From: Eledone cirrhosa
Taxonomy: Eukaryota
Assembly (NCBI GenBank): GCA_964016885.1
Contig: OZ024743.1
Coordinates: 255,440,001-255,504,000, forward strand
Length of the DNA: 64,000 nucleotides
Direction of reading: 5' to 3'
Made by a program: the position numbers and the translations under genes. Each line of letters opens with the position of its first letter. The first letter of the stretch is position 1. The notes below the pieces were generated by a model. That model was not told the origin of the DNA. It did not search any database and worked only from the letters and a program-made list of their open reading frames with translations. Shown here in pieces: positions 12,257 to 25,480 of the stretch.

Positions 12257-13411
12257 TTATACTTCTCTTAGGTCAGTGTTGTTTGTTTGGGTGTTGTTGT
12301 TGTTCCACTCATTCTTTCTGTTTAGCTTTGGTCTTCTAATTTCTATTTCACTGGCCTCTCTGATTTGCCTATCTGCTGGGTCATTCCTATGTTTAGATAT
12401 TATTCTAATTTCTATGTTGTCTATGTTACCGTCATGATGTTGTCTAGCATGTTCGTATAGTACTGACCCGTTTTTTCGTCCTTTTAGTTCCCCCCAGTGT
12501 TGGTCTATCCTTTCACCTATGCTACGAGCTGTCTCACCTACGTATGTTGTTGTCGTGTTTCTGCAAGTACCCTCTGTACATCTTATGCTATAGACTACGT
12601 TTCTAGTTTTACAGTTTATCCGGGGGTTCACCTTACATATGATACATTTCCTATTGGTACAGTGGGTTTTCTTAAAAGGGTAGGTTTTGCTGATCAGGGA
12701 TTTTATGGTGGTTCCTGGCTTTTCTACCACCTTTATTTTTAAGTGGGTCTTTCTCAGGGCCTTTCTACACTGGTTAGCTAATTTCCCTCCAGGGGTGGCG
12801 TCCACAAACATGACACTCTGATATCTCTGGTTGTCGTACCATGATGTGGCCTTCCCTATCTTATGTCTAGCCCTATCTAAGCTATTCCATGATTTGCTCC
12901 TGTATAGTGGGCAAATTCCTTTCATGTCCAGTTCTATGAGGGTCTTATACTTTTCCATGGCTCCTTCGTATACTCTGACTCTGTCTCTTTGGTTGTAGCC
13001 AGAGAACTGCATGCGGTTGATGAAGTGTTGGATGTGTCCTTCCATTTCTGTTGGGTCGCACATGCTGGACACATTCTTCATCACTCGTACCAAATCTGCG
13101 ATCAGAATATTAAACTTAGCACTACTGGACATTGCTGAGTTTTTGAGTATCAGGTATTTGGAGGCCATGGGTTTAGCATAGTGTGAGTGGAGAATTTGGG
13201 CTCTCTCGTCTATAGTGTTAATCCAGAGTTCTGTGTCTAATACAGGTAGTCTATTGTTAGGGTGTTTGGAAGGGAAGTCTATAGTTACAGTTATACTCTG
13301 GTGTATGGAATTAGCTATCTGTTGGATGCTTTCCATCGTGCTACGTTCTAAATCAAACTTGTTAGTGCTCTCTAGTGGGGGTGTTCTTATAACTATATTG
13401 ATATCATCAAC
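12257..13411 (-). pseudogene. Penelope-like RT C-terminal part (from the xVDD motif, thumb) + linker + GIY-YIG endonuclease, 5'-truncated
   Basis: VDDINIV...LPVLDTELW...HYAKPMAS...SAMS; CxxxxCxxC linker; VVYSIRC..C..YVGETARSIGERIDQH...EHARQHH...RQIREA...PKLNRKNE. The ORF-track start at 13438 lies inside the inverted arm and is an artefact. Confidence 0.9.
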
Positions 13412-13414
13412 CGC

Positions 13415-14170
13415 ATGCAGTTCTCTGGCTACAACCAAAGAGACAGAGTCAGAGTATACGAAGGAGCCATGGAAAAGTATAAGACCCTCATAGAACTGGA
13501 CATGAAAGGAATTTGCCCACTATACAGGAGCAAATCATGGAATAGCTTAGATAGGGCTAGACATAAGATAGGGAAGGCCACATCATGGTACGACAACCAG
13601 AGATATCAGAGTGTCATGTTTGTGGACGCCACCCCTGGAGGGAAATTAGCTAACCAGTGTAGAAAGGCCCTGAGAAAGACCCACTTAAAAATAAAGGTGG
13701 TAGAAAAGCCAGGAACCACCATAAAATCCCTGATCAGCAAAACCTACCCTTTTAAGAAAACCCACTGTACCAATAGGAAATGTATCATATGTAAGGTGAA
13801 CCCCCGGATAAACTGTAAAACTAGAAACGTAGTCTATAGCATAAGATGTACAGAGGGTACTTGCAGAAACACGACAACAACATACGTAGGTGAGACAGCT
13901 CGTAGCATAGGTGAAAGGATAGACCAACACTGGGGGGAACTAAAAGGACGAAAAAACGGGTCAGTACTATACGAACATGCTAGACAACATCATGACGGTA
14001 ACATAGACAACATAGAAATTAGAATAATATCTAAACATAGGAATGACCCAGCAGATAGGCAAATCAGAGAGGCCAGTGAAATAGAAATTAGAAGACCAAA
14101 GCTAAACAGAAAGAATGAGTGGAACAACAACAACACCCAAACAAACAACACTGACCTAAGAGAAGTATAA
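13415..14170 (+). CDS. Inverted copy of the Penelope thumb end + GIY-YIG endonuclease (251 aa, open, ATG-initiated)
   Basis: Identical to the last 251 aa of the minus-strand ORF. Expression is unknown. Confidence 0.6.
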   Translation: MQFSGYNQRDRVRVYEGAMEKYKTLIELDMKGICPLYRSKSWNSLDRARHKIGKATSWYDNQRYQSVMFVDATPGGKLANQCRKALRKTHLKIKVVEKPGTTIKSLISKTYPFKKTHCTNRKCIICKVNPRINCKTRNVVYSIRCTEGTCRNTTTTYVGETARSIGERIDQHWGELKGRKNGSVLYEHARQHHDGNIDNIEIRIISKHRNDPADRQIREASEIEIRRPKLNRKNEWNNNNTQTNNTDLREV

Positions 14171-14439
14171 ATAAATAAGTAAATTAAATTAAATAAAATA
14201 AGATAAATAAATACATACACAAGCACATAAACACACACTAGTCACCCAGCAGACACAACACTATACACACTAGTCACACATCACACACTATACACACACG
14301 CAAACGCATGCGCAAAGAAGACAAAATAAAATAAGATAAACAAACAAGCAAATAAATAAATAAATATATAGACAGACTGAACAAAAAAAAAATGGCGTAG
14401 ACATACAACACAACAGGAGGAACAATGAATATAACACCA

Positions 14440-14467
14440 CTGACGATGTTGCAGATGTGCAACGAAA
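14440..14467 (+). ncRNA. Hammerhead-like core in the Penelope 3' UTR (mirror copy at 11961-11988, minus)
   Basis: CTGACGA-T-GTTGCA-GATG-TGCAAC-GAAA with a perfect 6-bp stem II. Stems I and III could not be resolved by eye. Confidence 0.5.
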
Positions 14468-14709
14468 GATTTATGTAAACTATATATATATGTGTTTGTC
14501 TATATTGTATCTGTATTATTTTTGACCGCCGGTCAGTCAATGGCAACATTGAGGACCGAGTAAGTTAGATCGCAGATATATATATATAAAAGACAGCGAG
14601 AAGCGAAAACCAACCAAACAGTGAGTGTGTTCTGTTATTAATTCTGGCAATATTACGCAAATATGACCCTCCCCAAATATAACAATATATATATATATAT
14701 ATATATTAT

Positions 14710-15070
14710 CATCTTGCAGATCTCTCGTCATCTTTCAGTGATGTTTCTTCCAAATTTGAAGCACCTATGCCACTTGAAACATTGCATAAGTCCCATTGCC
14801 TCTTCACCCTAAGCTTGCTGAAGCATGCACAATGTTTCTATAGCAGACTTCCCAAATTGAACGCAAAATTTCACGTTGGCTATTTTTTCTAACTTCATAT
14901 TCATGGCAGAATCACAGGCTACAGCATACATGTGATCACAGAAATACATATTTCACAACTTGCAAAGTGAACACAGTGATGCCAAGTGGCACACTTCGCA
15001 TAAAGATCGCTATTAGGTTTCACTATGCTCATTTGTTGGTGCGCTACAGAACTAATGCAGAAACTTTCCT
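14710..15070 (-). mobile_element. Mariner transposase N-terminal (HTH) remnant with 5' UTR
   Basis: Minus strand translates MKLEKIANVKFCVQFGKSAIETLCMLQQA*GEEAMGLMQCFKWHRCFKFGR/TSLKDDERS. Confidence 0.75.
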
Positions 15071-15101
15071 TTTGAGAGAATTACCTTTTGTATATATATA
15101 T

Positions 15102-15450
15102 GGAGGCACATGGCTTAGTGGTTAGAGCATTGGCCTTGCAATCGAAAGGTTGTGAGTTCAATTCTCAGCAGACCGGGTGATGTGTTGTTTCCTTGAGCAA
15201 GACACTTTATTTCACATAGCTCCAGTTTACTCAGCTGTAGAAATGAGATGATAAGGACTGGAGTCGCTATCATTCCACTGTAGAGTGGTCGTGGAGGTGC
15301 CATGGGAAAAAAAGCACCCAGCACTCACTGTAAATGAGATTGGTGTTAGGAAGGGCATCCAGCTGTAGAAATCAAGCCAGAATCAGTTCCCGTCCCAACC
15401 TTGCAAACAGGGAAAAGCGGACGTAAAATGAAATGATGATGATGATGAAA
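15102..15450 (+). mobile_element. Full-length CORE-like tRNA SINE with RTE-derived 3' part
   Basis: A-box TGGCTTAGTGG and B-box GAGTTCAATTC, CORE-like body, GTTAGGAAGGGCATCCAGC segment, and tail CCTTGCAA..GGGAAAAGCGGACGTAAAATG(ATG)n. Confidence 0.85.
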
Positions 15451-15452
15451 TG

Positions 15453-15488
<36 letters not shown>

Positions 15489-16431
15489 AAAATTAAGTTA
15501 AATTAAGGGAGTCATGTCAGATAGACATGCGCCATATCACCCGTAAAATATGTTCCAAGATTCCAATGAATAGATCCAAGCATTTTATATCAACTAGAAA
15601 TTGATTGACATATAAATATATCTAAAATGAACATATGAAACAATCACAGGGGATAATTTGTAAAAGTGTGTAAGCACAGATAGCTATGTAGGTAACTAAA
15701 TAAAGTTTAACTAGAACTTCAAAATTAGATACCTTATAAATTGATTAATCTTCCATGTATATATTCCATTAAAGAAATATATTTCACCAATTAATCGATT
15801 GGTAAACAACAGTAGCCAGATCCTGGATCTTCAACAAGGAAGAGGACTAACCATCTGTGTTTACGCATCAAATTCAAATCAGCGACTGGCCAGTAACACG
15901 TGCTGTATTTATTAAAAATACACACATCGTACCAGCTTCGTCCCAGTAGCGTGAATAGGGTTATCGACAACTAGAAATAGCAGTCAAGTCCTGTCAACTG
16001 AGTTAGCACTACAATTAAGGGGCCGTATTTATATATATCCAAAATGAAGTTAAATTAAGGGTGTCATGTCAGATAGACATGCGCTATATCACCCCTAAAT
16101 ATGCTTCAAGATTCCAATGAATAGATCTGAGCATTTTATATCAACTAGAAATTGATTGACATATAAATATATCTAAAATGAACATATGAAACAATCACAG
16201 GGGATAATTTGTAAAAGTGTGTAAGCACACATAGCTATGTAGGTAACTAAATAAAGTTTAACTAGAACTTCAAAATTAGATACCTTATAAATTGATTAAT
16301 CTTCCTTGTATATATTCCATTAAAGAAATATATTTCACCAATTAATCGATTGGTAAACGGCAGTAGCCAGATCCTGGATCTTCAACAAGGAAGAGGACTA
16401 ACCATCTGTGTTTACGCATCAAATTCAAATC
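15489..16431. repeat. Partial direct tandem duplication (period ~552 bp)
   Basis: 15489-15880 is nearly identical to 16041-16431. Confidence 0.85.
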
Positions 16432-16479
16432 ATATATATATATACACACAAAAGGTTTTTCTCTGAAAAGGAAAAGCAG

Positions 16480-17410
16480 ACTATATGATGCATGTATACA
16501 AACAACAATTTTTCACGGCAGCAAGACCTGGGTACTGTGTGCAGAGGACCTGTGAAGATTGGAAAGAAATGAAGCCTCTGGATGAGCATAGCAATATATG
16601 TGAATGGCAACGTATAAATATACTGCGTGAGGAATTAGGCTTAAGGGGGATCACTTGTTGCATGCAGGAGAGGAGATTGTGTTGATATGGACATGTGATA
16701 TGTCTGAAGGATGAAGCTGTATAATAAGTTGCAGAGTGTTCAAAGTCAATGGAAACCGTGGTGTGGGCAGGCCTAGGAAGACTTTGGATGAGGTAATAAA
16801 AGCTGACCTTGCACAATTACACCTCTCAAAGGCAATGACTCAGGGCTGTGATCTCTGGCGCTATGCCGTTTTATGAAAGACCTGCCCTCTATTCTTCTCA
16901 GATGAGGCTTATACCTAGTAGGCAACACCTTCCTCAACCTGCTATCCCCTCTGATCCACCTCCCTTAGTGGTAACCATACCTCCTCTACTATCCTGTCCA
17001 CATCTTTTTCCCCAAGCCCCTCGACCATCCCTAATCCCCACTGTGTTGTATCAGTGACACAACAAAGGTGTGTAAAGAACATCCAGCCCACACTGTAAAG
17101 TGCTCATGTAGGTGTCATTACAAAAAGTACCCAGCACACACTGTAAATGTGTTTGGCTTTAGTAAGGGCATCTAGCTGAAGAAAACCAGCTCAAAATGTA
17201 AAGTGGACATGTAAGAGACATGGCAAAAAGCACCCAGCACACACTGTCAATGTGGTTGGCATTAGAAAGGGCATCCAGCCATAGAAAGCCAGCCATAAAC
17301 TCTCCTATATGAATGAGACATGTTCACCCGACCCGACTTGCCTCTAATTGGGACAAACCCATTTAACACATGCTAGCATGGAAGATAGACATTAATTGAC
17401 AATGATGATG
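16480..17410 (+). mobile_element. RTE LINE 3' fragment
   Basis: CVQRTCEDWKEMK...LREELGLRGITCCMQERRLC*YGHV, followed by an RTE 3' UTR and an (ATG)n tail. Confidence 0.75.
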
Positions 17411-17418
17411 ATATATAT

Positions 17419-17450
<32 letters not shown>

Positions 17451-17799
17451 TTTTTTTTTTTTTGCATAATGCTGCTTCTTTTTCTCATTGTCAAATTCTG
17501 TGATTTATATTAACATATTTCAATATTCTGATTAATTATGCAGAAATGTTTTCAGGTTTCTATTCATGCAAAAATATTTTTATTTAAGGAAAGATTTAAG
17601 CTATATAAATATTTATATATATATAACAAATATTTTCTGACATTCATATAATGGGTGATAATGAGATTTTAATTTAAGAAATTTGTCTTTTTTTTGTATA
17701 AAAAAAATATATATATAATGAAAATAGTGTATACAGTTCTCAGATGTACTACAAATGATCAAAGCTGCATGTATAGTACATAGAATAATGTGCAAATGT

Positions 17800-18540
17800 C
17801 AGGAAAGTGAATAGTGTATGAGTCAGGATATATATGTGTGCCTGTGTATGGAAGGGGAATATCAGGTGCAGCGTTGGCGAATTTCAGGAAGCCTGGATGT
17901 TTTAAAGGATACAGTGTCCCAACAGCTAACAACTGATGCAGGTAGTTTGTTTCATGCTTCAGCAACTCTAACTGTGAAAAAATGTTTCTGAAATTCATGG
18001 GAGCTGTGCTGTTTTCTGACTTTGTAGGCATGCCCACGTGTGTTAGACACATGGAATTCAAATAGGGGCTCAGGTTTGTTGTTGGCAAGATGGTTAATAA
18101 TTTTGTGGGTGTTTACTAAGTCAATTGCCAGACCTCCGAGCTTCAATGTATCCATGCCCAGAGAAGTAAGGTGTTCAGAGTATGGTAGATGCATGATGGA
18201 GGGTATTCGCTTGGTTGCACGTCTCTGAACAGTTTCCAGGAGGTTAATCTTCTGAGCAAGATAGGGGCTCCAGACTGGTGATGCAAATTCTAAGTGTTGA
18301 CACACCATAGCTATATACAGCTCTAAATAGATATCTGGAGAGCGGCTGACAAAGGTCTTGCTGAGTGATGCCAAGACACCCTCGGCCTTCTTGACAATTT
18401 TAGAGATGTGTTTTGTCCAACGCAAATCACTGCTGACCGTAATGCCCAGGTCACATTCACAAGAAGACTTCTTGATATTAATGTTGTGGAGGGAGTATGT
18501 GGACGCTGGTGGGAGTATGGTGGTACACTTGTCCATGTTT
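17800..18540 (-). mobile_element. CR1-group LINE ORF2 C-terminal fragment
   Basis: ORF 17952-18536: ECDLGITVSSDLRWTKHI...LEFASPVWSPYL...LETVQRRATKRIP...TRGHAYKV...FFTVRV. Confidence 0.85.
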
Positions 18541-18644
18541 GTGTGATTATATAAATACTATGATATAAAGATAATCTAAATGTGTTTTTATTCTATTGCA
18601 TTTTCTTTTTTCTTTATTCTTTTCTTTCCTCCTCACTCCGTTGT

Positions 18645-18668
18645 TTGATGAAGGCTGTAGCCTGAAAC
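18645..18668 (+). ncRNA. Degenerate minimal hammerhead motif
   Basis: TTGATGA-AGGCT-GT-AGCCT-GAAAC (core C3 changed to T, palindromic stem II). Stems I and III are not intact. Confidence 0.35.
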
Positions 18669-18839
18669 CTTTTCTACTATTTTACACTCACATCACCTGA
18701 ACGTTAAACTACGATTCTCAATTTTGTTCTTATTCCATATTGTTTGTGCAATCTTTTATTTCATTCAATATATATATATGTGTGTGTGTGTGTTTAAATT
18801 TATAGACACATTTTCGCAGTGTCGGTTTCTTCAGTACTG

Positions 18840-18878
<39 letters not shown>

Positions 18879-19543
18879 GAATATATCTTTGTTATGTACC
18901 CTGGTTGCTTAGCCCACAACTTAATATGTATTGCAATTAACGGCCAGCTTAGTTGCTAATTGTATGCAATTAGTAGAATCATTTCATGATACAACTATAA
19001 GGGATAGGGCATATAAGTCCGTTGATTATATATTTCCATGTGGTTGTTTAGATGATATACCATCTGATAAAAGCCCAGTTAGGCATGGAAAGCGGTTAAA
19101 GCTATTTATCATTTTTTCAGTTTATAGGGAAATATCTATTTGCTATGTATTCATATCTATCTTCTAAAAATTTGTAAATATATATACACATTTACACAAT
19201 TTACACAGCCTCAGTTACTTCTATTCTGCATATATACAAATATAAATTTGGCATATACTTTGGCTGCTTGCACACAAAGTAATATATATATATGTATACA
19301 TATTATAGATAAATGATATGAATATCTCTCTATATATATACATATAAAAAAGATATATATATATATATATATAAATATATATATGCACATATATAAAACT
19401 ATATATGCACACAAGAACATACTTGTATATATATATTTACATGTATATATGTATGTATATATGTGTGTGATTGTGTGTGTATTTAAATATCATCATCATC
19501 ATCTTCGTTTAACGTCCATTTTCCGTGCTAGCATGGGTTAGAC

Positions 19544-19581
<38 letters not shown>

Positions 19582-20379
19582 AGCTGAGTTTACAAAAATT
19601 GATAAAACAGAAAAAATTGTTTATTTCTCTATTGATTTATTTTTTAAAACGTTTATCTCTCATATTTTCACATTTTTCCAATAATTTTCATACCAATTGC
19701 CCAGATTCTAGATATATAACTTCTTTAGATATTTCCATTTCTTTCTTCTACTTCTTCTTCTCTTTCTCCTTCTCCTCCCCCTCCTCCTCCTCCAATTCCT
19801 TCTATCCTTTCAATCACCCATTTTATGTTTCTGCTCCTGTTTCTCCACCCACCACCATCCACCCACCACCAATTCTTCAACAAAAATATGTTACTGAACC
19901 AAATATCTTCTGTTCATAAAACTACAGTCATCAGTTTTTTCTCATAGTTGCCTCATTTTAATTTAATTTTTTTTGTAAATTTCGTTTTGGTGTGGTTGTT
20001 GGAGGTGGTGGTGCTGTTGTACATGGTGGTTATGGTGATTGTGATGTTGTTGTGGGTTTTGTTGGCGGAGTTATGATTGTTGGTGTTTTTATGACTGATA
20101 TTGATGGTAGTGTTGTTGTTGCTAGTAGTGGTGTTGCAGATGTTGGTGGTAGTATTGTGGTTGTTGTTGATGATGATGTTTCTGTTGGTAGTGGTTGTGT
20201 TGTTGATGGTGACAGTCTTGTTAGTGGTGGAGATGTGTTGTTGCTGGTGGTATTAATACTTGCTCCAATATTAAGTTGTTGGTTCCATTGAAAAAAATAT
20301 TTCAAAATAAAGAAAAAGAAAAAATCTCATTTTCCAATTATAAGTTAAATATCATTAATTTGTTGTCAATTAGAGCATT

Positions 20380-21131
<752 letters not shown>

Positions 21132-22099
21132 GTGTGCGTGTTATTTGCTAAAGAATTCAAACATTTTTCAGGATTCTTTGATTCTTTGATCTCCAATATT
21201 TGTTCCTAATAAAACTTTATTAGCCAATGATTGACACAATTTCACTACAAGTAAACTATATGATGCTACTCATTATCATTTTCACATCTGTTCCTCCCTG
21301 CAGACTCCCCTAGGTGGGGTTTTACAGCCAGATCGTCATTTTGTTGCCTTTCATGATATATGGGTATGGTGCAACTATTCTAAACATCAGATGCACACTG
21401 TAATAATTTCTTAACCTTTTCATTACCTTCTTTCTAATAAGTCATATTGAATGAATTTTTAATTATTCTGAAAATTATCAAGAATTTGCAGGTGTTTAGA
21501 AATATAGCTAATTTTTATACCTGGTATTTGGAAGATTGCATAGAAGCATACTTAATAAAATTATGAAGGATTGGTTTTAGATGAATATTCTTTGCTCTGC
21601 ATATCTGATTTAGAATAGGCATGATGTATTCCTTCCTGTTATAAGAAGTGACTAAGTGGGTTGGTGTCCTGAAGGGCATCCGACTATGAATCATTGCCTG
21701 AAAGATCTTTTCCAACCGATGCCAGGAAGGAAAAGTTGTTGTAAAAATGATGATGATGATAAACACTTTGAAATAAACAGATTTGTATCGTAGAAGCAGG
21801 GGCAGTTAGTATCAAAAGGAATAATAGAAACGCAACATCCAATATTTTCTGTAATAGAGATATTTTAAATTGATGTGAATTCACAGTGATATCCAATGTA
21901 AATGTACTTGGTGGTGGAATTTGATGAAAATGCAATTGTTATATTCATCCCAATAGAGCACAAATATTTTGGGTTGCATTGGTCCAATAGTTTGGGTGAT
22001 ATTTCACAGAAAGGAAATAAGGATTTAATGAAGATGAATCCGTAAGGAATGCAGGTTCCGCTTGAAGAACCCCTGTCCATAATTGGCATTTATTTAAAA

Positions 22100-22174
<75 letters not shown>

Positions 22175-23329
22175 CATACACACACACTCACATGCACACA
22201 AACACACATACACAAAAACACACAGCATTTATTATATAATTATTTCCTAACCACAGCATCCATTGAAATGTCATAGATCTCTTCTCTAACTAAACTATAG
22301 GCCAATATATATCTCAGAGGAACTGAAGGAAAAGTTGAAGGTAACTGAACAATGACCTTGAATGTCAGGTCATCTTGTCAAAGATCAGTGTTTTATTTTG
22401 GTGCCTAATTATGATATATATAATTAGGTGCATAAATCCATATATATATATGTATATCATCATCATCTTCATCATTGATTAACATCTATCTTCCATGCTA
22501 GCATGGGTTGTTAATGCATTCACACGCACACATATATATATGCGTGTGTCTCATATGCACTAGACATTCGATGCTACAAGTCAACTAATCATATCACAAT
22601 GTATTTCAATTTCTACTCCAAAATAGCAATTCCTGAAATAGACTCTGGAATATATATTAATATATATAGAAAGAGAGACAGAGAGAAACATCATATCTGG
22701 TGGCTGTATCGCTATCTGAAACCTACGACCCATTCTCTAGGAAGCCTGTGCAGTGCATTCTACATGTGAATGGAGTTCCACTGAAGTAGGTGGAGAAGTT
22801 CAAGTAGATCAAGTCATACCATGAGTTAAGCTTATTCAATTAACTAACTAGTGACATGCAAGATAGAGAAAAGAGACAGAAATAAATAAAAATACCCAAA
22901 TGCCCAGTACAACCCAGTTGCACAGTTCACATTACAAAGATATTATAGTGTAAAACAACAAAGATGAGGCACAAAGTAACAAAAGTAGTCACAAAAGATG
23001 CCACATAATGTGTGATGAAAGAGCTTTGACCATTGACAAGTAGGCAACCATCCAGTTATTAATTTGAACCGATGGAAAATTATGATAATAAATTCAAGTA
23101 AAACTCAATTGGTGGATGTGTTTTAATTGGCAGCATGACTTTCCCAAAGGATAGCAATATCTGTTTCAACACATTTTCACATAAAATGTCTTACAAAGCA
23201 AATACAAAAATGAAGTGTATATATATATATATACTTCATTTTTGTATTTGTATATATATGTATATATATATATCACATAAAACACGGAGAATCATATGTA
23301 TGTATGTATGCATATATGTATAGATATAT

Positions 23330-23735
23330 ATATGGGATAACAAATTATCGTTATAGGTAATCCAGTTAGAGGTTGTGAGTACTCCGTATTGTGGATAGTT
23401 TTAATGTACAGCGTTGTTTGACTCAACAAGAGTTTTCCTTAGTTAGGTGGCGAGTTCCCGGGAATCCCTATGCAGGTTAATCTTGGAGTAATAATAGTGA
23501 AAGAGTGAAGAATAACATAGTCAACAGTACAAAAAGAGTTTTATTTACAGTATTAACAATTGTTTCATTGATTAGGATGTCTAAAGATTGCTAACCCAAA
23601 GTTGTGTCACTCAACCTTAAATACAGTGGAATCAAATCATTGGAATAACAGTTATTCTGATGATTTGATTAGCCATACATTGTATTTAAGGTTGAGTGAC
23701 ATTAATTTTTTTATGTGCATAATCAATGAAACAAC
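23330..23735 (-). mobile_element. Non-coding hammerhead-containing element with fold-back arm (same family as 30508-30985)
   Basis: 23330-23650 is the reverse complement of 30655-30985 (diverged). Hairpin apex ~23650, with GTTATT-CTGATGA...TCAAT-GAAACAA on the plus arm. Confidence 0.75.
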
Positions 23736-23819
23736 ACATCACCCGGTCTGAGAATTGAACTAACAACCTTTCGATTGCAAGGCCAATGCTCTAACAACTA
23801 AGCCATGTGCCTCCATATG

Positions 23820-24675
<856 letters not shown>

Positions 24676-24813
24676 TATATATACATATATATATACAAAG
24701 ATTTACATATACATATCTTTCTATCTTGACCACTGCCACGTCACGATTCTTAGCCATTTTTTTAATCTATTTCTGGCGCGATCGCTTTGGAAAATTAACT
24801 GTCCTATTGAGTT

Positions 24814-24895
24814 TGTCTCCTGATGAGTTCGATAATCGAGATTCATCCTAAATAATAGGATATCTCAAAATATGAACGAAACCATGGTAGAGATG
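24814..24895 (+). ncRNA. Type I hammerhead ribozyme, intact core, extended stem II
   Basis: TGTCTC-CTGATGA-GTTC-[43 nt with an internal hairpin]-GAAC-GAAAC-CATG-GTA-GAGATG. Palindromic stem III ACCATGGT, GUA cleavage triplet, 6-bp stem I. Confidence 0.85.
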
Positions 24896-25177
24896 TAATT
24901 ACGGTATGTACACGTTTCTTCTAACTTTAAATGTATACCTAATTGTGTATGGTTGACAGTATATTTAGTCAGTTTCTACATGCTGTTGAAATGTTGGGTA
25001 AATACTCTATTGTGGTCACCCGCGAAGAGACCGCTTTCGGTCATTTATCAAATATTTCTTCAGAGGAGCCTTTATTCTTATAGCCTGGTCTAATTGATTT
25101 TTATATGGTTAATTATGCTATTTGGTTGAGGAAATAATATATATGTTATCTAATAATTATAAGGACATGATTTATGT

Positions 25178-25209
<32 letters not shown>

Positions 25210-25250
25210 CATATATATACATATATATATATATACATATATATATATAC

Positions 25251-25283
<33 letters not shown>

Positions 25284-25284
25284 C

Positions 25285-25381
<97 letters not shown>

Positions 25382-25480
25382 CGTGTGTATAATCGTAGCT
25401 ATCGTGCTTCCATGGGCGGTATGACAAAATTGGCATTCAATATTCATACAGAACAGAGTGTGAATAGTATGAAAAAGTGA

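Larger units (their letters stand above)
11684..14688. mobile_element. Young 5'-truncated Penelope-like retroelement with inverted 3' duplication (arms 11740-13023 and 13404-14688)
   Basis: Near-perfect ~1285-bp inverted repeat around a 380-bp spacer. Both arms encode the same GIY-YIG peptide, and the element is flanked by (TA)n. Confidence 0.92.

Noticed and set aside
13412-13438. Apparent start (MVVARELHA) of the 393-aa ORF
   Set aside because: It is read from the antisense strand of the inverted arm beyond the truncation junction and is not a real N-terminus.
19063-19100. CTGATAA..GCC/GGC..GAAA hammerhead-like string (and CTGAAGA..GAAA on minus at ~25040-25075)
   Set aside because: The core is mutated or stems I/III do not pair convincingly.
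19992-20305. Mucin-like Thr/Pro-rich and Val/Gly-rich ORFs (also 41610-41888 and 61850-62068)
   Set aside because: Degenerate (GGT/GTT)n low-complexity DNA with no splice or domain support.
21760-22100. Unique sequence with short ORFs (21865-22089 and 21684-21935)
   Set aside because: No recognisable domain or convincing splice sites, so a gene call cannot be supported.
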